Shown: positions 41,027 through 49,698 of the stretch, in pieces
How the letters are laid out: each line of letters starts with the position of its first letter
Numbering within the stretch: position 1 is the stretch's first letter
DNA from: Chthonomonas sp. UBA1950
GTDB lineage: Bacteria > Armatimonadota > Fimbriimonadia > Fimbriimonadales > Fimbriimonadaceae
Direction: 5' to 3'
NCBI GenBank assembly: GCA_002336105.1
Contig: DDEQ01000043.1
Coordinates: 87,569-151,568 of the forward strand
Length of the DNA: 64,000 nucleotides
Made by a program: the position numbers and the translations under genes
Notes under the pieces: model-generated
Database searches by the model: none
The model's input: only the letters and a program-made list of their open reading frames with translations
What the model was told of the DNA's origin: nothing

Positions 41027-42322
41027 TTAAGCTTCGACTCGGAACCAATTGCAGATTTCGTAAACGTCGACAGCAGCATCGATTTCACGCAAAGAAGACA
41101 AGAAATCTTTTTCTAAACAGGGGTGAGTGAGGAAGACAATTTCACCGTGCTCCGCATCCAAAGTCTTCATCTCCATGGCTGCAAGCGAAATATTGTGCTT
41201 ACCGAATGTCGTAGCGATCTGCCCAAGAACCATCGGACGGTCTAGCACTCTAACTCGAAGATAGTAGCTCGTTTTAAGACTGTCCATGCCCTCGAGTTCC
41301 ATGCCTACTCCGTAGGGGATTGCGCTTCCAGGACCGTTAGCAGCGATATTTCGGCCGATATCCACCAAGTCGCCGACAACAGCAGATGCAGTTGGATCAG
41401 AACCTGCGCCTCGTCCGCTAAACATAACGTCGCCGACAAAGTCACCATGCAACCACAGGGCGTTATAGACACCCCTGACGGCTGCCAATGGGTGATTCTT
41501 GGGAAGTAAGACAGGGTGAACGTGAACTCTCACTCGGTCTGGTCCGACCGCATCCGCAACTCCAAGCAACTTGATTCGATAGCCAAGCATTTCGGCATAT
41601 TGCATGTCGATCTTGGTAATTCCGCGAATGCCTTCGCGATGAACCTTTTCAACAGGAACCTGCTTTCCAAATGCGATGCTTGCCAAGATTGAAATCTTGT
41701 ATGCAGTATCGAAGCCGTCAACATCGTTCGTTGGGTCCGCTTCGGCATATCCTTTTGCTTGAGCATCAGCCAAGACTTCCTTAAAATCAGCCCCTTCTTC
41801 TTCCATCGCCGTAAGGATGAAGTTCGTGGTGCCGTTCAAAATGCCCATGATTTTCAGGACATCGTTCCCGGCCAGCTGGTGCTTGAGTGGCTGAACAACA
41901 GGGATGCCGCCGCCAACAGCAGCTTCATAGTGAAGGTCTAACCCTTTATCTTTAGCCAGTTGAACGAGCCGCGAGCCGTGCTTAGCCATCAGCTCTTTGT
42001 TGGCGGTCACGACGTTTTTGCCGTTCAGTAGCGCCTTTTCAACTAGATCTCCGGCTGGATCGACTCCGCCGATCAACTCAAGGACAACATCAATTGACGG
42101 ATCAGTGACGATAGACTCAAGATCCGTTGTAAAAATCGAACGTGGAAGGTCGCGTTCTTTCGTGGCGTCCTTGATGCCGATTTTGACGACCTCAAAGCCA
42201 AAGCCAGTTTTTCGGCTAATCGCGCTTTGGTTGTCGCAAATCATTCTGTAGGCACCGGAACCTACGGTTCCAAAGCCCAATATGCCAACGCGAAGAATCT
42301 TGTCCGTTCGAACCTGAGTCAC
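41027..42322 (-). CDS. hom: homoserine dehydrogenase (with C-terminal ACT domain)
   Basis: GILGFGTVGSG, VVTANKELMA, EAAVGGGIPV, LNGTTNFIL. ACT-like tail. Confidence 0.93.
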   Translation of the reverse strand: MTQVRTDKILRVGILGFGTVGSGAYRMICDNQSAISRKTGFGFEVVKIGIKDATKERDLPRSIFTTDLESIVTDPSIDVVLELIGGVDPAGDLVEKALLNGKNVVTANKELMAKHGSRLVQLAKDKGLDLHYEAAVGGGIPVVQPLKHQLAGNDVLKIMGILNGTTNFILTAMEEEGADFKEVLADAQAKGYAEADPTNDVDGFDTAYKISILASIAFGKQVPVEKVHREGIRGITKIDMQYAEMLGYRIKLLGVADAVGPDRVRVHVHPVLLPKNHPLAAVRGVYNALWLHGDFVGDVMFSGRGAGSDPTASAVVGDLVDIGRNIAANGPGSAIPYGVGMELEGMDSLKTSYYLRVRVLDRPMVLGQIATTFGKHNISLAAMEMKTLDAEHGEIVFLTHPCLEKDFLSSLREIDAAVDVYEICNWFRVEA

Positions 42323-42336
42323 AGGTCCATTATGAT

Positions 42337-42795
42337 TCAGCCAATGCGAATGAGTACGTCTCCAGGCTGAACGACTGCTCCAGGTTCAGCGGAAATCTCA
42401 AGAACCGTGCCGCTGACCGGCGCGTTGATCTCGTTAAACACTTTCATCGCTTCGATGAGACCTACAACTTGACCGGCTTGCACAACTTCGCCAACCTTTA
42501 CAAAGGGTGACGCAGACGGGCTCGGTGACGCATAGAATATTCCTGTCATCGGGCTGGAAACAGGCGTTCCTTTAGGAGTCTCGATCACTGCGGTCATAGG
42601 CACTGGAGCAAAGAATGCGTCCTCTGCATCCACAATCGCATCTGAGCTAACTTGAGTCGTCACCGTTTTCGAGGACTTTCGACGAAACGCAACCGTAGCC
42701 CCTTCAACCGTCAAACTCGCCTCAGCAAGATGAAACTCTTGCATAAGGGCTGCCAAATCATCGATCTGTTGCTTCAAATCAGCCACGGGGGACAT
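42337..42795 (-). CDS. accB: biotin carboxyl carrier protein (AccB-like)
   Basis: C-terminal biotinyl domain GQVVGLIEAMKVFNEINAPVSGTV. AccB-like N-terminus. Confidence 0.7.
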   Translation of the reverse strand: MSPVADLKQQIDDLAALMQEFHLAEASLTVEGATVAFRRKSSKTVTTQVSSDAIVDAEDAFFAPVPMTAVIETPKGTPVSSPMTGIFYASPSPSASPFVKVGEVVQAGQVVGLIEAMKVFNEINAPVSGTVLEISAEPGAVVQPGDVLIRIG

Positions 42796-42807
42796 TATGC
42801 CTGATGA

Positions 42808-43515
42808 TCAGGCAGAGCCGTCTAGCATCTCGGTTACTTCATCAAAGCTCGATGAAACGGCCTTCACACGGGAAACCGTTTCACGAATGTCTTCAGTTTC
42901 TCGACCTTCGACAACACTCTTCACCCGATTCGAAAGCAGTGTGGCTTTCAGCTCCAATAATGCTGCTTCAGCATGTCGCACACTCTGATCAATCTGGGCA
43001 ATCTTCTCGGTAACGATGTCGTATTGCTTGAGCTCTTGCTGACGGGCTTTTAGGGCCAGTTGAAGAGCTTCTCTTTCTGCGTCTGTGGTCGCCTCTGCAA
43101 TGCCCTCTTCCAACTTCACGATTTCCGCGTTCGCCAGGGATTTGCCACGAACGGTTTTTCGCAATTCAGTTCGCAGACGCAAAGCATGAACGACTTGCGA
43201 TTGGATGCTCTTCGCGGCGTCTATTGATTCGTTACCAACGAGCTGAGTTGCGGATGACCGATCAGCCAGCCCCACCACGTTGTTAAGCTCTTCGGTCAAC
43301 CGCTTTATGGGCACAAGCAGTGTCTTGCTGTCAGCATCTATCCCTTCGCTTAAATCCGCTTCTCTACTACTTGCAGCACCTTTTACGGTGCTGAGGAAGA
43401 AGCCGAAGAAGGCTACAGCCGCCATCAGCACCGCCAGAACATACGATCCCATCACTAAGGCCGCAATCATGACGACAACTCCTATTCCAGCAACGATATG
43501 GGAGGGCTTAACCAC
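42808..43515 (-). CDS. hypothetical membrane protein with coiled-coil C-terminal domain
   Basis: Two N-terminal TM helices, then heptad-rich sequence. Lies 12 nt upstream of accB. Confidence 0.5.
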   Translation of the reverse strand: MVKPSHIVAGIGVVVMIAALVMGSYVLAVLMAAVAFFGFFLSTVKGAASSREADLSEGIDADSKTLLVPIKRLTEELNNVVGLADRSSATQLVGNESIDAAKSIQSQVVHALRLRTELRKTVRGKSLANAEIVKLEEGIAEATTDAEREALQLALKARQQELKQYDIVTEKIAQIDQSVRHAEAALLELKATLLSNRVKSVVEGRETEDIRETVSRVKAVSSSFDEVTEMLDGSA

Positions 43516-43563
43516 ACATTAAGTCTACGCTCCAACCTCGGGTGCTATACTCGGCTTGGCCAA

Positions 43564-44526
43564 ATGACTACAAACAGTTCGCGATTGACGGCAAAATTCC
43601 TCTTCTTCGGTATGTCGGTAGCCTGCCTTCTTCCTCTATTTCGACTACAGATCATTCCAGATGCTATCGTTGCCCCGGCAGCCCTCATCGGCGGCATGGT
43701 CTTGGGGATTGTGTTCGGAAGCCCCTTCCCTTCCGAGGCAAAGCGCTACAGCAAAATTCTGCTTCAATCTGCCGTCGTATTGTTGGGATTTTCTTTAAAC
43801 ATTGGTGATGTCCTTAAGGCAGGGCAACAGGGTCTGGTCTTCTCTCTGTTTTCGATTCTTGCCGTTTTTGGACTAGGGTTCCTTCTCCAAAAACTTCTAA
43901 ACGTTAGAAAGATCACCAGCCTCTTGGTCTCTACGGGAACAGCGATTTGTGGTGGTTCTGCCATTGCAGCAATGTCAGCCGTTGTCGATGCGCCGCAAGA
44001 AGATGTAACGGTTGCAGTTGGCACCGTCTTCCTGTTGAATGCAGTCGGTCTGGTTCTTTTTCCAATTCTAGGCCACGTCATCGGCTTGAATGGCCAGCAA
44101 TTTGGCACTTGGGCTGGCATTGCGATCCACGATGTTTCGAGTGTGGTTGGCGCAGCTACATCTTTCGGACAAGACTCATTGCCTGTGGCCACCGCGGTCA
44201 AGCTCTCCCGAGTTCTCTATCTAGTGCCTGCGACACTCATTGGAGCCGCCCTCGTTCGTTCGAAAGGGGCAAAGGCGCAGTTTCCCTGGTTTGTGCTTTT
44301 CTTCATCATCGCATCGGCGCTACGAACCGCAATTCCGGGTGCCAGCGTCGTGACTCCTTTTGCTAAGATCATTGCGACCAGTGGATTCGCCTTATCACTC
44401 TTTCTGATAGGAAGCGGTCTTACTAAGAAAACGCTCAAGGCAGTCGGAGCCAAACCGCTTATCGAAGGTGTGTTACTCTGGCTCTTTATTTCAATAATTT
44501 CTCTCTTTGTGGCAAAGGCAGTATAA
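43564..44526 (+). CDS. YeiH/UPF0324 family membrane protein (putative sulfate-exporter family)
   Basis: ORF 43498..44526, ATG 43564. Polytopic. TGTAICGGSAIAAMSAV motif. Confidence 0.7.
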   Translation: MTTNSSRLTAKFLFFGMSVACLLPLFRLQIIPDAIVAPAALIGGMVLGIVFGSPFPSEAKRYSKILLQSAVVLLGFSLNIGDVLKAGQQGLVFSLFSILAVFGLGFLLQKLLNVRKITSLLVSTGTAICGGSAIAAMSAVVDAPQEDVTVAVGTVFLLNAVGLVLFPILGHVIGLNGQQFGTWAGIAIHDVSSVVGAATSFGQDSLPVATAVKLSRVLYLVPATLIGAALVRSKGAKAQFPWFVLFFIIASALRTAIPGASVVTPFAKIIATSGFALSLFLIGSGLTKKTLKAVGAKPLIEGVLLWLFISIISLFVAKAV

Positions 44527-44536
44527 GCTGAAAGGC

Positions 44537-45103
44537 ATGATCTCAGAATCCGCCTTGCCAAAGATGATTCATTTGTTGAACGAGGCCGTCGAAAAGCAAA
44601 CTTCCACTGGATGTTGTAAAGCTGTCAAACGTGCTCTCGAAGAGATTGTCACTTCAGGTGAAGAGTTCGTTCCTGGTGAGTATTTGCTTCCAGCACCAGA
44701 CAAATATGCCCGTCGCTTGCTCTATAAAGATTCTGAAAATCGATTCTCAGTGCTAGTAATGGTTTGGGGACCTGGTCAAGGAACTCCGCTTCACGACCAT
44801 GCTAGAATGTGGTGCGTCGAATGCGTCTATCGAGGGAAGATCAAAGTAAAAAGCTATTCGCTGGACGATGAAGTCGATGGTCTTCTCCGGTTTGTCCCAG
44901 AGACCGAAGTCGTCGCGGGGATAGGCGAGGCAGGAACTCTCATCCCACCGTTTGATTACCACACCATTGAGAACGCGTCACCCGACCGACCGGCCGTTAC
45001 CTTGCATGTTTATGGCGGTGAAATGGACTGGTGCAACGCATTTTTCCCCGAGGGGGAATTTTTTCGAATGGAAAGAAGGCATTTAGCCTATACATCTGGC
45101 TAA
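44537..45103 (+). CDS. cysteine dioxygenase type I-like cupin
   Basis: ORF 44507..45103, ATG 44537. WGPGQGTPLHDHARMWCVECVYRG and HTIEN cupin motifs. Confidence 0.6.
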   Translation: MISESALPKMIHLLNEAVEKQTSTGCCKAVKRALEEIVTSGEEFVPGEYLLPAPDKYARRLLYKDSENRFSVLVMVWGPGQGTPLHDHARMWCVECVYRGKIKVKSYSLDDEVDGLLRFVPETEVVAGIGEAGTLIPPFDYHTIENASPDRPAVTLHVYGGEMDWCNAFFPEGEFFRMERRHLAYTSG

Positions 45104-45133
45104 TGATGTGAGGTATCATCAGATTCTTCGCGT

Positions 45134-45209
45134 GGGGGTATAGCTCAGTTGGGAGAGCGCCTGCTTTGCAAGCAGGATGTCAGGGGTTCGAGTCCCCTTA
45201 CCTCCACCA
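45134..45209 (+). tRNA. tRNA-Ala (anticodon TGC)
   Basis: 76 nt. Acceptor GGGGGTA/TACCTCC with G3:U70, anticodon loop TTTGCAA, T-loop GGTTCGAGTCC, encoded CCA. Confidence 0.95.
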
Positions 45210-45272
45210 TCTTTTCAGGTTAAGAAATCATCTCGGGAACTGGCTTAAAGTGGGCCTCAAGTTCACAAACTT

Positions 45273-45848
45273 TTATCCTTGGATTACAGTTCGGAATGTG
45301 ACTGAGACGCGGCGTTTTCGAAGTTTGCGTACTCCACCTAATGAATCGGATTTTCTCTTAGCGATTTCGTGCCTCCACTCGTAGCGCGCTGTCCCCGAGA
45401 TTATGCAGGCTGATCCGACTGGTAACCAAACGTCAACAGATTCTGCTGTCCAGACATTGGTAAACCGCATTGGATACTCATCCCCAAGTGAGATCATAGC
45501 GATTTCGGGGCCAAAGCACGGTTCGCAGTCGATGTGCGCGGCAATGCCTTGGCCGGGGAGGTACTCGTTCACGATGGCTTGGTCCGGCACGCACTCCATC
45601 AAGTTTGCGGAGAATAGTTCCTCGGCAACACCTTGAAGGAACTCAGGTAAAGGGCCCAGATAAGCATCATGGTGAACTTTGCGAGCCCTGTAGTCATAGC
45701 GCCACCCGTAGTGCTGGACGCGTCGAGACAAGTCATCGAGCCATGGCATGCGATCGAGGATGCTGAGTAATGAATCGGATTCGTTCAGGAAACTCGGGAC
45801 ACAAATGAGCCCAGGGATCGACCGAGGATCATCAAACAGCGAACTCAT
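45273..45848 (-). CDS. AlkB-like Fe(II)/2-oxoglutarate dioxygenase
   Basis: ORF to 45860. ATG 45848 makes an ATGA overlap with the upstream gene. NEYLPGQGIAAHID (HxD), WRHEI (distal His), RVSVTFR (2OG-binding Arg). Confidence 0.75.
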   Translation of the reverse strand: MSSLFDDPRSIPGLICVPSFLNESDSLLSILDRMPWLDDLSRRVQHYGWRYDYRARKVHHDAYLGPLPEFLQGVAEELFSANLMECVPDQAIVNEYLPGQGIAAHIDCEPCFGPEIAMISLGDEYPMRFTNVWTAESVDVWLPVGSACIISGTARYEWRHEIAKRKSDSLGGVRKLRKRRVSVTFRTVIQG

Positions 45849-46606
45849 CGAACTTTCCAAACCTCATAGGCACAGTCTCCAGATCGGGTGACAGGTTCTG
45901 CCAAATTGCTCAAGACGTTGTAAGAATACGACTGCTGAAGGATGCGTACTTGATGCCCCAAGTGCTTTGTAAATTCCTTGTACCACCCGTGTACATCGCC
46001 CCGTGGCATCCAACTCGCCGACGGGCCAACCGGATTTGTGTAAATCAGGGTCATCGCTGACGGTGAGAGCGCCGCGATTCGATTTGCCAACGCACGAACA
46101 AACGGCCGAGTGAGTTCCTGAGCGAAGAAATAGGAGAAGACAAGTAGCACTGCTCTTCCATCAGCCATTCTTGCTGCTTCCTCCCAAAATCTGGACTCAG
46201 GGAAGGCGTGCTCTGAGTTCCGCTTACATATGCTTCCTTCCATGCTAGCGGCCACTGAAGCGATAGCCCGCATGCCTTGAGCGAGTTCAAGAGACAACCT
46301 CTCAAACGTGGTGCCACGGTTGCCTGAAAGGGCTAACATCGCCGTGCCCGGTCCGCCGCCAAAATCGATAAGTACATTCGGAGAGGTTTCGGGCATTACG
46401 CTCCGAAGAGCAGCATGGTGCATCGGAGCGTAGCGGTAAGCGTACAGTAACGCAAGATATTCCGTCTCGCAGGGACGTTGGCCGCGCTCCAAAACTTGAT
46501 TGCCGATGTGTTGATCGAAGTCGTCCCCATGCTTTGAGATAAGTCGCCGAACTTCTTGCATTCCTCTGAGACGCTCGACAACATGATCATAGAACGTATC
46601 AAACAT
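45845..46606 (-). CDS. class I SAM-dependent methyltransferase-like protein (Rsm22-like motif I)
   Basis: ORF to 46720 (TTG), but the first 38 codons are antisense to the IS remnant and repeat, so ATG 46606 is preferred. Motif I is VLIDFGGGPGTAMLAL. Start uncertain. Confidence 0.5.
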   Translation of the reverse strand: MFDTFYDHVVERLRGMQEVRRLISKHGDDFDQHIGNQVLERGQRPCETEYLALLYAYRYAPMHHAALRSVMPETSPNVLIDFGGGPGTAMLALSGNRGTTFERLSLELAQGMRAIASVAASMEGSICKRNSEHAFPESRFWEEAARMADGRAVLLVFSYFFAQELTRPFVRALANRIAALSPSAMTLIYTNPVGPSASWMPRGDVHGWYKEFTKHLGHQVRILQQSYSYNVLSNLAEPVTRSGDCAYEVWKVR

Positions 46607-46632
46607 ATCAATTAGGAGCCAGGCTCCCAGAT

Positions 46633-47492
46633 TTGTCAACCAAGATTGTAGCCGATTTGCGAATCGCGTCCAGGAATCTCCTCCAAATCCAAGATAAGGG
46701 GACGAGATTCGCAAGTCCAACTTTCCGAGCTGCGTCCAGGAATCTCCATCAAACTTCCCACCCTCATCTCAGGACTCTCGTATCGATGCCGGTTGCGGCG
46801 GCTCGTCTTCTTGGGGAACACGATACTCATCTTTGGCGGATGCTTCGCACATGGGTTGCGATGGCTCAAAAGATCAGTAAGCCTCTCAGAGTCGGCGTTG
46901 ACGAGACGGCCTCTCGGCGTGGTCATGAGTACATCAGCGTCTTTGTGGATCTGACACTAGGCGTGTCTTGTTTGCTTGCGAGGGTCGAAGTGGCGTTGCC
47001 CTTGCTCAGTTCCGCACCTTTCTGGAATCCAAGGGAGTTCTTACCGACAGGCTTGAATTCGTGTGCGATATGAGTCCGGCGTTCCTTTCTGGCATTGAGG
47101 CTGCGTTTCCCAACGCGAGAGTGACTCTGGATAAGTTCCACTTGGTTGCGATGCTAACCAAGGCGGTCGATGAGACAAGGAAGGAGTCTGGTCGGTATCG
47201 AGCTTTGCGAGGGACGCGATGGCTCTGGCAGAAGAACCCTTCGAACCTCAGTGACGCTCAGAAAGCAGCGTTGCAAGACTTTCTTGAGTCGAACGACTTT
47301 TCGAAAACTGCCCGTGCCTATAGCTTCAAACTTCAATTCCAAGGGATGTTTCAACACGGCAAGAATGCGGCCCAAAGAATCTTCGATGCATGGCTTGATA
47401 TGACCCTGGAGTCTGGGCTCAAACACGTTGAAAAGGTCGCTTCCACGTTCTTTAGCCAATATCCAAATATTAGGCATACAATAGATCTATGA
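46633..47492 (+). mobile_element. ISL3-family transposase remnant (N- and C-terminally truncated, frameshifted)
   Basis: VGVDETASRRGHEYISVFVDL, then a frameshift near 46955-46968 into FACEGRS...FVCDMSPAFLSGIEAAFPNARVTLDKFHLV...RWLWQKNPSNLS. Lacks the zf-ISL3 N-terminus and the C-terminal third. Confidence 0.7.
46666..46747 (+). repeat. 16-nt perfect direct repeat gcgtccaggaatctcc (46666-46681 and 46732-46747)
   Basis: The two copies are 66 bp apart. A 9-nt inverted repeat ttgcgaatc (46657-46665) / gattcgcaa (46706-46714) brackets copy 1. Confidence 0.85.
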
Positions 47493-47942
47493 CTTTCAAG
47501 AATAAGTTCGGGTTACTATTCGCAGTTATCTCAACAGGGTGTGTCTCGGGCTCAGGATATATCTCTCGAGAATTACCTGCTTCTTTGCCCGTTGTTCAGG
47601 TAGGGGATCGATTGGTGTGGCCGAAAGATCCTCCCCGGAATGGTGGGACTATTCTGTTTCTCCCTTCCAGTAGTTAGTGTTGGATTTCACAAATCTCGCT
47701 CAAGAATTGGGGACCATCGTTGCAAGCAAAACGTATTTTTTTTTGCCAGCGCTTCCGGAACCGATTTGGTACAGACTGTGAGCGGGAGCCGGTTTGACCA
47801 TGCGTTACTGAAAATAAAATCTGCCACGCCAACCATAAACGGCATGATGCCAGAACGACTTTTACTCATCCAATATGATCAGGATTTCAGAATAGTAGAA
47901 GTGATTGAGGACCCGATTCAGATCAAGAAGGTGATTCTATGA
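47489..47942 (+). pseudogene. lipoprotein gene split over at least two frames
   Basis: MTFKNKFGLLFAVISTGC lipobox ORF (47489..47677) overlaps ORF 47640..47942 in another frame. A T9 run lies at 47736-47744. Confidence 0.4.
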
Positions 47943-48463
47943 AAATCAGACATGGGTTTACCATTGTCGAAATCCTCGTCGTGCTAGCAATATTGACCGT
48001 TCTGGCTGGACTGCTTTTCCCAGTATTTAGCCGAATGAGACGTTCTTCACTGATCACTAATACGATGAACAACGCTCATCAAAACTGGATTGCGCTTTCA
48101 TTGTACAGATCGGACTGGGGATGAGACGGCATGTTAGGCACGGCAACCGAAATGGGGCTTCCACATCCAAACGAGGAGTTGTATACGGTGCTCCCCCGTA
48201 AAGTTTCAGGACAAACCTGCGTGACGACCGAAGGGTTCGATTACTATGCAGACGATGAACAGGGTCCCGGCTCGTGGCAAGAAGCGACCATAACTTTTGG
48301 AGAAGCTGTGCCGCTCGTTTTCACAACCAACTGCACAGAATCGAATTGGGACACAAACAACCAATTTCATCCCAAATTGGGAACAGCAGCTATTCTTTCT
48401 GGCTCTGTCATAAAAAAACGAAAAGCTGGAGTTCCTACAAAACTAGAATGGTGGGTCAATTGA
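47939..48463 (+). pseudogene. prepilin-type N-terminal methylation domain / H-X9-DG family protein interrupted by in-frame TGA
   Basis: GFTIVEILVVLAILTVLAGLLFPVF N-terminus (47939..48124). Same frame continues after TGA 48122-48124 into 48131..48463, ending in an H-X9-SG motif (HPKLGTAAILSGSV). Confidence 0.65.
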
Positions 48464-48474
48464 CCCAAGAAAAT

Positions 48475-48759
48475 ATGAAATAAACAACCCTAACCTTTTC
48501 AATCTGCCTCGTTCTCGTTTGCAGTTCTCTTGCAGACTGGTGCGTCGAATGCATTGTACTCCCGTCTTGTGCTGGCACAGGAACTAAAGAGTCCTTTTGC
48601 GGATCTTACGATAATGCTTCCCCACAAGGATGTTGGTCTTATTATAAAAAGTTATTAATCTGCCCGCAGGATATAGAGGATCCCATCATAAAAGGAAATA
48701 GCTACCGCACCGAATGGAGACTATGGTACATTTGTACATCAGGGAGTGACTGTTATTAA
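48475..48759 (+). pseudogene. Cys-rich secreted mini-protein frame with TAA at codon 3
   Basis: ATG AAA TAA, then 91 open codons: TTLTFSICLVLVCSSLA|DWCVEC...DCY. Signal-peptide-like, with 8 Cys in the roughly 74-aa mature part. No canonical start after the stop. Confidence 0.4.
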
Positions 48760-49396
48760 GCGGAAGTTGATAATTCTCGTCACAATCTCTGTGGCGGCTT
48801 GCGGAGGGTGGTGGTATTTATCGCGCCCTCCCGCACTAGAGGCAGCCTCATTACGATTAAGTGCCTGCGTCGAAGTCCAAGATGCAGACTGTGTAAATGA
48901 GTTTGTCGACACTATGGATCGCCAGGCGTACAACCTGGATAAGGCAAAAATACAACTATTGCTGTCAGAAACTCACAAGGCTCTACGTCGAGTACCAGGA
49001 CAGCCAATTGTTACGACGCAAAACAAAAAAACAATTGCATTGGTTCAAACGCCATATACATCAACGCGCTCGAACCGAACTGTAAACCTCGGATTTGTTG
49101 TCAGCGATACCGATGAGGGTTTCAAGGCTCCGCAATTTGTAACACAGACCTTGCTTACATTGTCGGTAGCGAATGTTCCGACGACAATCGGAAAGACCTC
49201 AGCTGAACTAAAACTAAGAAGCTGGGCAGAATACGCGAAGAGTTCTGGACCGATGTGGGAGAAGGCTGGCTTTCCGGGGATATATCGGGATCCTACCGAA
49301 GGCATGATCTCTTGGTCTAATTGGCAACAGAACTGCGAGTATCGAATGGCTAGACTTGAAGAAACACTGTATCGTATGAATTCGTCAAGGCGATAA
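48746..49396 (+). CDS. hypothetical membrane-anchored protein
   Basis: 216-aa ORF, GTG start, N-terminal TM (LIILVTISVAACGGWWYL). Confidence 0.45.
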   Translation: MTVIKRKLIILVTISVAACGGWWYLSRPPALEAASLRLSACVEVQDADCVNEFVDTMDRQAYNLDKAKIQLLLSETHKALRRVPGQPIVTTQNKKTIALVQTPYTSTRSNRTVNLGFVVSDTDEGFKAPQFVTQTLLTLSVANVPTTIGKTSAELKLRSWAEYAKSSGPMWEKAGFPGIYRDPTEGMISWSNWQQNCEYRMARLEETLYRMNSSRR

Positions 49397-49698
49397 CCTC
49401 TAAATGTAGACGGTGTCCCTCACAGGGTCAGTTGAAACTAGCCTCAATTTTGAGATCTAGCTCCGAGAATAGCGCCTATGCTTGGATTCGCGCGTTAGAA
49501 ACACCACTGCTTCGACCTATGCTCGTTCGGCAAGCCGAAGCACCTCACTACTTCCTAAGGGAGCCGACTGGCTCCACCATATTCTCTACCCCTTCAACCT
49601 AGTCTTCGTCGTCTGGGATTTGTATCGACACCTGCATTCGAATCTCAGCCTAGAAATCGGCCACCTCATTTCGTGCTCAAACTAACAATCAACCGCTA

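Noticed and set aside
45166-45384. 72-aa plus-strand ORF
   Set aside because: It starts inside tRNA-Ala and runs antisense into the AlkB-like gene, so it is spurious.
46607-46720. N-terminal 38 codons of the methyltransferase-like ORF (TTG start at 46720), and minus-strand ORF 46636..46926
   Set aside because: This stretch is the reverse complement of the ISL3 remnant and 16-mer repeat region. It more likely reflects an open antisense frame than native coding sequence, so I preferred ATG 46606. The start remains uncertain.
48122-48124. In-frame TGA as genome-wide recoding (Trp/Gly) or selenocysteine
   Set aside because: TGA clearly terminates many conserved genes here, for example the murE/murF ATGA, mraY/murD TTGA, gnd and the GT4 gene. 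I see no convincing SECIS-like hairpin immediately 3' of the TGA. Neighbouring genes also carry TAA and TAG stops and frameshifts, which points to decay.
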